Shown here piece by piece: positions 7,068 to 17,252 of a stretch of DNA of 59,402 nt. The first letter of the stretch is position 1. Every line of letters starts with the position of its first letter. The notes below the pieces were generated by a model, which saw only the letters and a list, made by a program, of their open reading frames with translations, was not told the DNA's origin and did no database searches. The DNA comes from a virus. The position numbers and the translations under genes were made by a program. Where the stretch lies: the IMG/VR virus record IMGVR_UViG_3300045988_086105; one strand, 5' to 3'.

Positions 7068-7547
7068 TTTCCCAGGTTTTTCTAAAAAATAATACTTTCT
7101 AAAATCTATATCAGAAAGATTTATACTGCATAATTCACTTACACGAACACCTGTATCTAATGAAAATTGAAATATTGCTAAATCTCTTGCATTGGCACAA
7201 TTTATTTTCAGCAATTCAATTTCCTCATCAGATAAAGGTTTTTTAATACATTTTTTATACTTAACAGGTTCAATAAGATCCATAGGATTTTCTGTAAGTT
7301 TTTTATGCTTTGTCAGATACGAAAATACAGAAGATAAATATTTTCTTTTTGATTCCATAGTAGAATCGCTTACATTATAAATTTTCTTATACTTTGCCAT
7401 AAATGAAAGAATGTCATCAGTAGTAATGGCACTCAATTCTTTATGGCAAAAATCACATAATTGATAAACTACACGTTTATATTGCCCTACGGTACTTTCA
7501 GATTTACCACTACTAATTTTACCAGTTTTAAAATAGGCAAATTATTC
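7035..7547 (-). pseudogene. 3'-truncated tyrosine recombinase (integrase) remnant
   Basis: The frame is open from about 7547 with no ATG. A SAM-like N-terminal domain (GKSESTVGQYKRVVYQLCDFC) is followed by the catalytic domain up to the first Arg box (DTGVRVSEL). It then stops at 7035, overlapping the 3' end of the CI-like gene. The HxxR and Tyr motifs are missing. Confidence 0.7.
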
Positions 7548-7553
7548 AATAAC

Positions 7554-8162
7554 TTAAATCATAAAGAGCGATATAAAATACCTTACATTGTACATGTTAT
7601 TATAGGTCACCCCATATACTGTTAGAGACTGACCTTTTGACACTTTGATATTTTCAAGGCGAGCCGTGTTAATCCGAACATTACCACCCCATACGCCGTT
7701 TGATTTTGAACCAACAGATATTATGATGGGATTTATGAGGCAGTGGGAATCGCCCTGATCTCCCTCTGCCATACCGACAGCATAAATCGTAGCGGTACAG
7801 TCTTTTTGAAATGTATATACAGTTTTTGTTTGACCAGAACTAGATATATCATTAATAAAAGTAGTTACAGCATCAATGCTCTTAAAAGGGTATACTGTAT
7901 CTGCACCTCCGATCTTGTATCCCCAGTTGCCATCAGCATCCTGGGCAAAGGATAACCCGTTTAAACTTTTGTTTAAATCATTATTTGCCTTTGTAATATC
8001 GTTAATATCTTTTGCACCAAATTCAGTTCCAACAGTAAGATATTCCGTAACATCAACAAGCGAAACAGTCCCATCGCTATTTTGAATCTGTTTGTATTTG
8101 CGAATAGTATTTTTTGATGTGTCCAGCACATCATCAACATAATCTGTTCTTAATTCTGCCAT
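7554..8162 (-). CDS. Putative tail fibre / receptor-binding protein (202 aa)
   Basis: Last gene of the tail module. The call is positional. Confidence 0.45.
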   Translation of the reverse strand: MAELRTDYVDDVLDTSKNTIRKYKQIQNSDGTVSLVDVTEYLTVGTEFGAKDINDITKANNDLNKSLNGLSFAQDADGNWGYKIGGADTVYPFKSIDAVTTFINDISSSGQTKTVYTFQKDCTATIYAVGMAEGDQGDSHCLINPIIISVGSKSNGVWGGNVRINTARLENIKVSKGQSLTVYGVTYNNMYNVRYFISLFMI

Positions 8163-8164
8163 AT

Positions 8165-8770
8165 TTACACCTTAAATCCTTTCTGACTTCCTAGCCTAAA
8201 TGCAAGAGCCCTCTGTGCTTTTCTTTGCGCTACAAGCGTTTCGTATAGTTTCAATTCCATGCTTTCTATGCGGTTGTAGTCCTCTGCGCTTGGCACCGGT
8301 TTGTTTTCTCTCCATGTCTTTTTTTCAAAAGAAAAACCATACGTTTCAGCATTGACCGTTTCAAGTGCATCCTCAAACATGTTAATTTCATCCGCATATA
8401 TTGGCTCTGCCTCTACTTTTTCTTCTCCAAAATCATAATTGGTCACATCATACATCTGTGACGCATATCCAATTAAAAAAAGAAGATTATTTTTAATTCT
8501 GTTATAATCAATATAACCAAAATAATCTCCCACATAAGTGCTGCCATCCCATTCTCCAGACCAATCAATTTTAGGGGAAGTCCACTCTCCGATTACTTTT
8601 AATATCTGGCTTTTATCCTCTGTCTGGTTGCCAGCGGCATCAAAAGCAACCACTTTTACCACACTGGAATTGAGTGGAACAGGAACATTTTTATAATATT
8701 CTACCGTTCCTTCCGCACTCAAGTCATAGCTATTTCCGCCAAGTTCGGCGGTAACTTTAACTGCACTCAT
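8165..8770 (-). CDS. Tail-associated protein (201 aa)
   Basis: Track ORF with a GGGAGGTGG RBS, inside the distal tail module. Confidence 0.5.
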   Translation of the reverse strand: MSAVKVTAELGGNSYDLSAEGTVEYYKNVPVPLNSSVVKVVAFDAAGNQTEDKSQILKVIGEWTSPKIDWSGEWDGSTYVGDYFGYIDYNRIKNNLLFLIGYASQMYDVTNYDFGEEKVEAEPIYADEINMFEDALETVNAETYGFSFEKKTWRENKPVPSAEDYNRIESMELKLYETLVAQRKAQRALAFRLGSQKGFKV

Positions 8771-8786
8771 AAGATACCACCTCCCT

Positions 8787-8939
8787 TTATGTTTTAATTT
8801 TTCTCGTTCCTAAATAAAATGGAAGTCTTTTATTGGTATCATCCGTTGCGTTGTATGCAAAAATTTGAATCTTAAATGACTCGTTGACTTTCAAATTTTG
8901 TTTAGATACCTTTATCTGGGTAATAATTATTTTATTCAT
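8787..8939 (-). CDS. Small beta-rich hypothetical protein (50 aa)
   Basis: Hand-translated. ATG 8939 overlaps the stop of the upstream Ig-like gene. It fills a 160-nt gap. Confidence 0.3.
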   Translation of the reverse strand: MNKIIITQIKVSKQNLKVNESFKIQIFAYNATDDTNKRLPFYLGTRKIKT

Positions 8940-9819
8940 CCGTTACCCTCACACTGATTTTAACACTACTTCCTACACCAACAGGATTGGGAACACATTC
9001 TACAGAAGTAATGACTGGTGCTTTTGTGTCCAATGTTACGGTTCTGGTTACCGTTGTGGATTGTCCTGCAGAATCAGTCGATATAACAGTGACAACATTT
9101 TCTCCTTCTTTCAGATTTATTGTTGTGGAGAAAAAACCATTACTGTCTACTTCAACAGATACTCCGTTTACTGTAAGACTTACCGGACTGTCAGAAGAAT
9201 CGTTAGTGTAACCGTAAACATTTAAAACGGAATTATTAGTTGCCAAATCCTTTGCCGGACTGGAAACATTAAGAGTCGGTGGTACTGTGTCAATTTTAAA
9301 CGACACAGATGCCGTCTGCTTATTTCCATCATTATCTGTTGCATAAAATGTAAGAATGTGATTTCCATCCTCAATCGTTTTTGAACAGAAACATGTATAA
9401 ATTGTTTCTGACTTTGTTTTTGTGATTTCGGAGGATTCCACCGCTACCCCATCAATTTCTAAAGAAATAGTATCTGGATTTACTCCGCTGTCTGCATCCG
9501 TTACTAACCAGGAAATCATAGGCTTGCTATTGGTCAGAACTGCACCGGCTGTTGGATGCGTAACATTGATAACTGGTTTTGTGTTTTCTGTTACTTTTAA
9601 CCTTAAAAGTTCTCCAAAAGTCGAATCTCCAGAATCCACAGTAATATTATTTCCTGCGGTGTCCTGTGCAACTACCGTCACATCGTAATAATGACCATCT
9701 TGATTGAATGAGGACTTTCCAGGCGCATTAGGGCTTGTCTCCCATGCTCCCGTGCTTGAATTGTAGGTACAGTTATAAGTGTTTCCGTTAATTTTTACCT
9801 TAACTGAATTAACAGCCAT
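8932..9819 (-). CDS. Ig-like (Big/cadherin-like) repeat tail protein
   Basis: Repeated beta-sandwich-like segments (TVVAQDTAGN, FYATDNDGN, VISTDSAGQ), typical of bacterial Ig-like domains. Confidence 0.6.
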   Translation of the reverse strand: MAVNSVKVKINGNTYNCTYNSSTGAWETSPNAPGKSSFNQDGHYYDVTVVAQDTAGNNITVDSGDSTFGELLRLKVTENTKPVINVTHPTAGAVLTNSKPMISWLVTDADSGVNPDTISLEIDGVAVESSEITKTKSETIYTCFCSKTIEDGNHILTFYATDNDGNKQTASVSFKIDTVPPTLNVSSPAKDLATNNSVLNVYGYTNDSSDSPVSLTVNGVSVEVDSNGFFSTTINLKEGENVVTVISTDSAGQSTTVTRTVTLDTKAPVITSVECVPNPVGVGSSVKISVRVTDE

Positions 9820-10046
9820 TATGCGTCCTCCACTTCTCCGAATAACTGAATGTATTTTTCAATAGATTTTTCTCCCAGAAATTCTTTTACTTCATCCTCG
9901 GTTTTTGCAACAATTTCTCCATTAGGGTAAAGTAAAAAATAGTTTCCCTTTTTCGTCTTGTACCACTTCCGGTTGGAATCTTCAATAACAAAAATCAATT
10001 CTGCCGTTGAAGTATCGTACATTTTTCCATCAATGATTTTTTTCAT
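9819..10046 (-). CDS. Hypothetical protein (75 aa)
   Basis: Track ORF, start/stop coupled with its neighbours in the tail module. Confidence 0.5.
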   Translation of the reverse strand: MKKIIDGKMYDTSTAELIFVIEDSNRKWYKTKKGNYFLLYPNGEIVAKTEDEVKEFLGEKSIEKYIQLFGEVEDA

Positions 10047-10055
10047 CTTTACCTC

Positions 10056-12074
10056 CTATACTCTCATTGCACGGCGTAAAGAAAGAGAACCACTAAAAGC
10101 TCCATTAAAAGTTAGCTTTTGCTTTTCGATTTCTACCTGCAAATTGCTGACTTTTTCACTTTCCATATAAATAATGTCTGCTGATTCAATGATAGGGTCT
10201 CCGCGGTAATCTACATCATAGGAAATATTATTGGCATAATAGTTTCCAAGCCATTCTGCAATTAGTTTTGCGTGTTCTTCCGTAGAAATTAAAGGATTTT
10301 CACAGTATTTTACCTCTCCTGCATTGCTTACATTCTGCTTTACATATGCGCTGTCCTCAACTTCTTTCGGCTCTCCATCGTTGTCGTTTTCATAAGTGTA
10401 AATTTTTACAAACAAGTCTTTAATCTTTTTTTCCGCATATCCGTATGGATTTTTCATCATCATATTTTTGGTCAAATTAAAATCTGATAAATCTCCAAAA
10501 CTGATTTTGTCAATTAAAACTCTGTTTTTTGGATATGCCTTTGTGATTTCAAATCGTATACTGTCAAAATTTACAAATTCATCGTTTAGCAGTTCTTTTT
10601 TTCTTAAATCGTTGTATAAAAACGTATCTAGTAAAGTGTCTCCCCTGTATGTTGACACTTTCATTTCCTTTGGAGGATTCCCCTGGAATGAAATATAAAG
10701 TCCATAATAAGTATAAGCCGCCGGAAGTTTAATGGTTAATACTGGATTTTCTGTAAACAATCCATTCAAATCTGAAATAAGGCTTGTCACATATCCGGTC
10801 TGTTCTACTTTTTCTCCAACTGTTCTCGGAAGAAATAGCTGGGTCCCATCAACTGCCATAAAGTTTCTGGTCAGTTCTGCATATACATTATTTTCTCCGT
10901 ACAATACATTTGTGGCATTTCCCCACCATGCCGTGCTGTCGGATGTTGCCTCCATATCTTCCGGGTCTATAATGTTGGCAAAATTTGCTTTAATCACTAC
11001 TTTTCCGCTGGCATCTTGCGTAAATATGCACCTGGTAGCGTTGCAAAGAAGTTGCAGACATTCCCGGTGTGGAGCCGATGGCATTGGATTGTGCAAAGTA
11101 ATATCTCTTAAACAATCGTCAATCACGTATTCATCCGGTTCCAGTCCAAAATCTGTCAAAATACTAACAGCCTCTGCGTAAGCTGTCCGGTCATATATTT
11201 TATATCCAGAACTGTATTCATCCTCCATGGAATCAAAAATATCAACAGCCGTAAATGACATTTGGTTTTGCTTAGATTGCCAACTTGATAGTTGCAGTGT
11301 GGCTTTTTGCAGCCATTCAATTCCGTTTTCTATTGTCATTCCATAAGATAGAGAAATTTTCTGCCCTGTTTGCAGGAAATTGATAAAAGAATTATCATCG
11401 TCCACATTGTAAACATTTTTATCATCCAGAATTGTTACATTAAACTTCTGGTAAGGTGTTTCTGCAGATATTCCATTGACAAAAGATTCAAATGTAGAAT
11501 TGGATATTTCACTATTTCCGTAATTTAATCCAACTCCCATTACTATCTTTTCAATTCTTAATCTTTTTTTACCTCCCGCCATTGCAATAGGGACAATCTC
11601 TATCTGTGTTGTATCTCCGATAACATCAGTTGTGATAAATTCTGCTTTATCATTTGAATAAGTCAATTCTTTTGCATCGGAAATTACTTTAAAACTGGTA
11701 GGAAAATATCTTCCAAAATTGATAGTCAGACCTTTTATGGAATACTCTTGTGGAAATACCACCTTGACTTTTTTCATTACTTCTTCTGTTGTAATCGGAG
11801 CGTTTTTTAGTTGATATAGTTTATCCGTATTCCGTGGCAGAAAAATCATTTGACCGTCTGCCCGCATATAATTTTGTTCCAGTGTCGCGTATTCTGCGTA
11901 ATCAGCATCGTTTTTAAGTGGAAGGCTAAGATTGCTCCACCAAGCATATTTTCCGTCAAAATAAGCCGTATTCTGCGCATCAGAATTGACAACTCCAATA
12001 GTAACAGAAATATATGCCCTGTCGCGAATCATAGCACGCATGGCATCCTTATATTTGCTTGATGCTCTTATCAT
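10056..12074 (-). CDS. Tail tip / baseplate protein (Tal position, 672 aa)
   Basis: Large ORF two genes downstream of the tape measure. The call rests on size and position. Confidence 0.6.
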   Translation of the reverse strand: MIRASSKYKDAMRAMIRDRAYISVTIGVVNSDAQNTAYFDGKYAWWSNLSLPLKNDADYAEYATLEQNYMRADGQMIFLPRNTDKLYQLKNAPITTEEVMKKVKVVFPQEYSIKGLTINFGRYFPTSFKVISDAKELTYSNDKAEFITTDVIGDTTQIEIVPIAMAGGKKRLRIEKIVMGVGLNYGNSEISNSTFESFVNGISAETPYQKFNVTILDDKNVYNVDDDNSFINFLQTGQKISLSYGMTIENGIEWLQKATLQLSSWQSKQNQMSFTAVDIFDSMEDEYSSGYKIYDRTAYAEAVSILTDFGLEPDEYVIDDCLRDITLHNPMPSAPHRECLQLLCNATRCIFTQDASGKVVIKANFANIIDPEDMEATSDSTAWWGNATNVLYGENNVYAELTRNFMAVDGTQLFLPRTVGEKVEQTGYVTSLISDLNGLFTENPVLTIKLPAAYTYYGLYISFQGNPPKEMKVSTYRGDTLLDTFLYNDLRKKELLNDEFVNFDSIRFEITKAYPKNRVLIDKISFGDLSDFNLTKNMMMKNPYGYAEKKIKDLFVKIYTYENDNDGEPKEVEDSAYVKQNVSNAGEVKYCENPLISTEEHAKLIAEWLGNYYANNISYDVDYRGDPIIESADIIYMESEKVSNLQVEIEKQKLTFNGAFSGSLSLRRAMRV

Positions 12075-12457
12075 TCATCCCACCCGCAATCAATCAAATT
12101 AAATTTGCATGTCTCAAAATTTTTGTAAAAAATATCATCCAAAAACAGCGGTTTTGCATTGGTATCTCCTGGGTACATGTGAAGTGTTCTTCTGACATTA
12201 TCATCCCCAGTAAATGTAACCGGAACAAAAAATGGAGTAAGTGATTCCCGCAGTTCTGCCCATGTTTTTGCATCAATACATTTCCACTGCAAATTATTTA
12301 TTTTCCAGATTCTTCTGCCAACCAGTTGCCCTACAATCGCCGCGTTTGTATTTCTTCCAGAGTTTACATTCTGGGAACTTACAATTTCCATTCCGACAGC
12401 AGGGCATGGTGTTTTATATCCGTTAATTATCAAAAAATTACTAGGCTGTCTGTACAT
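12071..12457 (-). CDS. Small tail protein at the distal-tail (Dit) position (128 aa)
   Basis: Immediately downstream of the tape measure, with ATGA-type overlap to the next gene. Confidence 0.5.
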   Translation of the reverse strand: MYRQPSNFLIINGYKTPCPAVGMEIVSSQNVNSGRNTNAAIVGQLVGRRIWKINNLQWKCIDAKTWAELRESLTPFFVPVTFTGDDNVRRTLHMYPGDTNAKPLFLDDIFYKNFETCKFNLIDCGWDE

Positions 12458-12485
12458 TTTTTCTTTCCTTACTAAAACAATCGAA

Positions 12486-12512
12486 AGTCACCTGCTGTTG
12501 TAGCAGGTGACT
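12486..12512 (-). terminator. Strong 11-bp stem-loop after the tape measure gene (possible attenuator/terminator)
   Basis: AGTCACCTGCT / AGCAGGTGACT with a 5-nt loop. On the minus strand it is followed by TTCGATTGTTTT. Confidence 0.4.
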
Positions 12513-12517
12513 TCTAT

Positions 12518-15500
12518 TTAAGAAATGATTTGATAACCCATTGACTTTCTTCCTCTTTCCGCGGCTCTAGCGATTTCTCTATCACCAATATACGTTCCTG
12601 TATCTTTTGCCAAAAGCTGTTTTAGAAGTTCGATTTCTTGTTGCATCATTTGAATTTGAACTTCCGCGGTACTGTTAATAGCCTCTCTTATTCCTGTAAT
12701 TTCTTCACCACCAGCAACTGCAGTTCTACCGCCAACAGTTCCCATTAACTCTGGAATTCCATTTTCCCCGGCTATAAACATACTAAAAGTGTTTGGAACA
12801 TATCCACCATCTTCAAAAGTCGGTATTTTTCCAAGGTTAATACTTCCAGCCGGTACGATTTCCCTTCCAGCGATATTTACTGCATCCCATGAAAATGTCA
12901 GTTTTTCATTCAGCCAGTTTGCGAATTTGTTCCAAATTTGCTTAATGGACTCTATCGCATTGTTCCAAGCCTGTACAAGGCCTTCCTTGATTCCTGCCCA
13001 TGTCCATTTTTCTGTAGTAAAATAAGAAGAAACATCTTTCCACCATTTTGCAAATCCTGTGTTATTCCACCAAGTTTTAAAGTCATTCCACTTTTTTATT
13101 ATTCCTTCTTTCATTCCGTTAGCCAATTCAGACCATTTTTCAGTAGCAAACCACGGTTTCAAGTGTTCTTCATACCATGTTTGAATTGATGTGTCCAATT
13201 CTTCATATTTAGAAATAAATCCATCTATAACCCCTTGTCCAATACCCTCTCCAATAGGTTTTACTGCTTCTGATGTTCCATCCTGTATTCCAAACTTGTT
13301 GCTGAATTCATCCCATATAAACTGAAACAAATCTGCTATAGGTTCAACAGGGAAAGATATAATTCCCCATAAACCATAGCCTATCCCGTTTAAAATATCA
13401 CTTCCTATGGATGCCCAATCCTTTTTTTCAAAATCATCTTTGATTTTTTGAAAAAAATCTCCCGCCATTTTAAAAGAATATGTAGTTGCATCCAAATTGA
13501 ATATCTTTTGCAAAATACTAACATTGTCGATGGTTATTGAATCAAGTGCGCCAGATATGGCACCAACTACTGCACCAGCTATTGTTCCCGCTCCTGGAAA
13601 CCATGAACCGGCAACAGCACCAAGCGATATGCCTGCGCCAATTTTACTTACAATGTCAAACCCCTTTTCTGGCATTAGCTTTTCTAATGCGAGGCTGATT
13701 TTATCCCATATATCAGCTGCCACCACATCAAACGCCGGTGTTCCTATCAACGTTGATAGTTTTAAAATTTTCAATGAAATATCATTAAGAGTTATATCTC
13801 CTGAAAGTAACTTGGCTAATTCTAATTTTGCCGCTTTCAGAATATCCTTTCTGTTTTTCCATGCAAATCTAAGAAATGAAAGTTTAATTACTGCATTAAA
13901 ATCAAGTTCTAAAGTAAAATCTGCAAGTCCCTTTGCTACTTTTTGCCAGTCTGTTTCTGCTATGGTTGTTTCTAATAAATTAAGAATTCCTTGTGCCCAT
14001 ACATTTACAGTTTCTGCGAAATCTTTAAAATTAAAGGTTTCAAAAAAATTGTTAATTCCAGATGCTATTGATTTTCCAAAATTCACAAAATCAAATGTTT
14101 TGCCAAATGATAATGCTGCTTGAACCGCTGTATTTAATGCCCCTGCAATAGTTGTTCCAACATTTCCAAATAGTCTAGGACTGATAAGACCATTTAGAAA
14201 CTGTGCCAGACCAGTTCCAAAGTTTCTTGCTTTCTCATAGGTTTTTTCCCAGTCAATAGACTCCATAGCCTTTGACAAAGCATCCCCAATATACGCTCCA
14301 AGCTGTTCCAGGTTTTTAATTTCACTTTTATAATTTTCAAAAATTGTATCGGTTTTTACCAGTTTTCCACCGTCAACATCTTCCGTTCCGGTTATTCCAC
14401 CAGTACCGCCACTACCTCCAGTTCCGTTGTCCTGGGAAATAATGTTTAACTCATCAATTCCCATTAAGGCATTTTTCAGTTTTTTTGCATTGGATGCCGC
14501 ATTGCTTTCACTGTCTGAAAAATCATCCATGCTATCCGTCCATGAATCCGCAACACCTTTTCCACCAGATTCATATTTCCATCCAAAAATAGAGCCAAGT
14601 GCGGCAGTAACTTTTTCTGCAAAAGAGTTTACCGCAAGCAATACATTATTTAAAGTCTGCAAAAAAGGCTTAAATGCGTTGATTAAAGAACCACCGATAG
14701 TTCCTCCAAGCTGTTCAAAATTCTGCTTTAAAATTCTAACCTGGTTCGCCCATGTATCTGCTGTTTTTGCAAAATCTCCCTGTGCCGCAGTCGTATTTGC
14801 CAATACATACTGGTAACGCAACATGGTTTTTTCTGCCTGTGTCATGGACTCTACATTTGCATCCAGTCCGTTTTTCAATGCAAATTCTTTTAGGCTTGCC
14901 TGTGTTAAATCAAGACCATACTTACGCATCGGGACAACCATGCCGGTAAAGATGGATGCCAAATCTTCAGCCACGACATTTTGACTTTTATTGTAGAAAG
15001 ATGCAATATCCGCAGTCAGTTTTGTTAAATTTAAAGACACATCGGAAAGGGAACTGGAAAGTCCCACATATCCATCCGTCTGCTTATTTAAAAACTGGTT
15101 GGCATCTCCAATCGCTCTATTGCTGATTCCCATCGCCACACCCATAGCCTGGAAGGTGCTGGAATACTGTTTTACTGCCAGTTCGGACATTCCAAATTGT
15201 TGTATGGATGATTTTGCAAAATCATCCACTTTATAGGACATATCTCCGAAAGTTGTATCTACAACGTTCTGTACCTCTGTCAATGCGCTAGACAGTTCAA
15301 TAGATTCCTTTACTTTTCCAAATCCGCGAAACAGTAAAAAGTAGCCCGCATACAATTTTCCAATGGCAGACGCAAGACTGAAACTACGCTTTTGTGCTTT
15401 GCTGGCAGAGTTACTAAACAGATTTAAACTGTTGCTAAGAGAAGTCACAGCCCTACCGGAAGATGCTCCGGTTTTTGCCAATTTTGCCAGTGCCTCTGTC

Positions 15501-16273
15501 ATTTGAATGATATTGGTGCTTACATGTGGTGCTGTTGATAGAGTTGTAAATAACTCTTTTAATACCCTTCCCAGTTCCGGGATATTGCTTACAGCCCTGC
15601 CGGACGCCGTACTTCCTAATCTGGATATCGCAGAAACCATACTGGTCAAACCAGACATATCAAAATTGAGTTCTCCAATACCATTCATTTGACGGACAAA
15701 ATTTTGCATCTGTGCAGACAAAGACGGAAGATTTTTAACTGCCTGTGTTACATAGGTGCCGCCTAATTTGCTAATTGCATCCGCAGCGTTTGTAACACCG
15801 GTTGGGTCAAAGGTCATGGCTTGAATATTGTTTAACCCATTTACGAATTCTGCCAGGTCATTTTTTGCTGTGATTAGGTTTTTTGTTCCGGCTGTTGCAC
15901 TTTTACTTCCTAATTTCTGTACTGCGGACACAGCGTTAAGAATTCCACTGGTATCAATTTCTTTTGCACCGGACAGTCCGGCAGAAAATTCCTGTAATGC
16001 AGAACCTACGCCACGAACAGAATTTGTATCAATGGAATCAAACTTTGATAAAGAATTAGCCAAGGCTGCAATTTCTTTTGCTTTTCCACCCTTAAATCCA
16101 GTAGCCGCATCCGAGATACTGCGAATCCCACTGGAAATGCTGGTCAATTTCCCTGTGTCAAAAGAAAGGCTTTGGGCAAATTTCAACATGCGATTGGCAA
16201 GTTCATCCATTGATTTGCTCGCTTTATTTGCATCTGCACTGATTTTAATTTGTAAGGAATCAATGTCTGCCAT
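12518..16273 (-). CDS. Tape measure protein (1251 aa)
   Basis: Very long, Ala/Gly/Ser-rich helical protein at the canonical position downstream of the tail chaperones. Confidence 0.9.
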   Translation of the reverse strand: MADIDSLQIKISADANKASKSMDELANRMLKFAQSLSFDTGKLTSISSGIRSISDAATGFKGGKAKEIAALANSLSKFDSIDTNSVRGVGSALQEFSAGLSGAKEIDTSGILNAVSAVQKLGSKSATAGTKNLITAKNDLAEFVNGLNNIQAMTFDPTGVTNAADAISKLGGTYVTQAVKNLPSLSAQMQNFVRQMNGIGELNFDMSGLTSMVSAISRLGSTASGRAVSNIPELGRVLKELFTTLSTAPHVSTNIIQMTEALAKLAKTGASSGRAVTSLSNSLNLFSNSASKAQKRSFSLASAIGKLYAGYFLLFRGFGKVKESIELSSALTEVQNVVDTTFGDMSYKVDDFAKSSIQQFGMSELAVKQYSSTFQAMGVAMGISNRAIGDANQFLNKQTDGYVGLSSSLSDVSLNLTKLTADIASFYNKSQNVVAEDLASIFTGMVVPMRKYGLDLTQASLKEFALKNGLDANVESMTQAEKTMLRYQYVLANTTAAQGDFAKTADTWANQVRILKQNFEQLGGTIGGSLINAFKPFLQTLNNVLLAVNSFAEKVTAALGSIFGWKYESGGKGVADSWTDSMDDFSDSESNAASNAKKLKNALMGIDELNIISQDNGTGGSGGTGGITGTEDVDGGKLVKTDTIFENYKSEIKNLEQLGAYIGDALSKAMESIDWEKTYEKARNFGTGLAQFLNGLISPRLFGNVGTTIAGALNTAVQAALSFGKTFDFVNFGKSIASGINNFFETFNFKDFAETVNVWAQGILNLLETTIAETDWQKVAKGLADFTLELDFNAVIKLSFLRFAWKNRKDILKAAKLELAKLLSGDITLNDISLKILKLSTLIGTPAFDVVAADIWDKISLALEKLMPEKGFDIVSKIGAGISLGAVAGSWFPGAGTIAGAVVGAISGALDSITIDNVSILQKIFNLDATTYSFKMAGDFFQKIKDDFEKKDWASIGSDILNGIGYGLWGIISFPVEPIADLFQFIWDEFSNKFGIQDGTSEAVKPIGEGIGQGVIDGFISKYEELDTSIQTWYEEHLKPWFATEKWSELANGMKEGIIKKWNDFKTWWNNTGFAKWWKDVSSYFTTEKWTWAGIKEGLVQAWNNAIESIKQIWNKFANWLNEKLTFSWDAVNIAGREIVPAGSINLGKIPTFEDGGYVPNTFSMFIAGENGIPELMGTVGGRTAVAGGEEITGIREAINSTAEVQIQMMQQEIELLKQLLAKDTGTYIGDREIARAAERGRKSMGYQIIS

Positions 16274-16295
16274 ACCACACCGCCTTTACTGCAAT

Positions 16296-16320
16296 AAAAA
16301 AGGAAGTGTCTGGCACTTCC
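16296..16320 (-). terminator. Rho-independent terminator (second of a tandem pair)
   Basis: Stem GGAAGTG/CACTTCC followed by U6 on the minus strand. Confidence 0.65.
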
Positions 16321-16323
16321 AAT

Positions 16324-16356
16324 AAAAAGAACGGCAAGCTTTGACACCTGCCGTTC
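16324..16356 (-). terminator. Rho-independent terminator (first of a tandem pair) directly after the endolysin
   Basis: Stem GAACGGCA/TGCCGTTC followed by U5 on the minus strand. Confidence 0.65.
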
Positions 16357-16362
16357 CTAAAA

Positions 16363-17241
16363 TTACTTTTTAAGATATGCTCTTGTAACTGCACCAACTT
16401 TTCCATCTACAGAAATTCCGACACTTTTCTGAAATGCCTTTACTGCTGCCGAAGTGTCTTTTCCAAAAGAACCGTCGATGTTGGTTTTTCCCTTTAAATT
16501 GGTTGCCGTCAAAAATCCTTTCAAAATCAACTCATGCTGTAACCACTTAACATCGTCTCCTTTCATGATTGACAATGCTTTGTAGTACAACAGCCTTGTA
16601 GGTTCTAGATATGGGTTTTCATGGCTTTTAGTAGCCTCGTAAACAGAATCTAACTCTTTATACCATACATTCATGTCTACGTTGCCATTTACGCCGCTTA
16701 CGCGCCCTTTGGAGGTATATTGCCAGCCAATCATGTTTTGCACTTGTGGCTGATATTTCGTGTTGCAATTACCATTATTTTTTCCATACCTGGCAATCCA
16801 CATAGGATAGTCCACACCGCCATACCGCTTGATGTAGGTATTGTAAAAACTTTCACCGGTATATACCCCAAACTGCAATCCGGCATCCGTGATAATCTTT
16901 CCGTAAGCATTGATAATGGCAATCAGATTTTTCCCCAGGTTCTTTTGACAATCATCCTCAACATCAAGCCAAACCATAGGTTTACGATTTCCAAGAATGG
17001 TAAGGACTCTTTTTGCGTCAGTTTGTGCTTTGGCTACGGTTTTTGCATAACTGTAATTATACACTCCCTGCACATTGACACCGTATTCTTTACAGTTTTT
17101 CCAGTTTTCTTCAAACTTTTTATCCGGTTTCAAATCTTTACGAATTACTTTCAGAATTGCAAAGCTAATGCCACTTTGCTTTACTGCCCACCAGTTAATT
17201 GAACCCTGGTATGCAGACACATCAATTCCTGTCAGACTCAT
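16363..17241 (-). CDS. Endolysin: GH25 muramidase plus a C-terminal PG_binding_1 domain
   Basis: GIDVSAYQGSINWWAVKQSGISFAILK and WLDVEDD are GH25 hallmarks. C-terminus: DGSFGKDTSAAVKAFQKSVGISVDGKVGAVT. Confidence 0.9.
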   Translation of the reverse strand: MSLTGIDVSAYQGSINWWAVKQSGISFAILKVIRKDLKPDKKFEENWKNCKEYGVNVQGVYNYSYAKTVAKAQTDAKRVLTILGNRKPMVWLDVEDDCQKNLGKNLIAIINAYGKIITDAGLQFGVYTGESFYNTYIKRYGGVDYPMWIARYGKNNGNCNTKYQPQVQNMIGWQYTSKGRVSGVNGNVDMNVWYKELDSVYEATKSHENPYLEPTRLLYYKALSIMKGDDVKWLQHELILKGFLTATNLKGKTNIDGSFGKDTSAAVKAFQKSVGISVDGKVGAVTRAYLKK

Positions 17242-17252
17242 TATTTTTCTCC

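Noticed and set aside
8932-12074. Possible diversity-generating retroelement targeting the Ig-like/tail-fibre genes
   Set aside because: There is no reverse transcriptase ORF anywhere in the window, and I saw no template/variable repeat pair near the tail genes.
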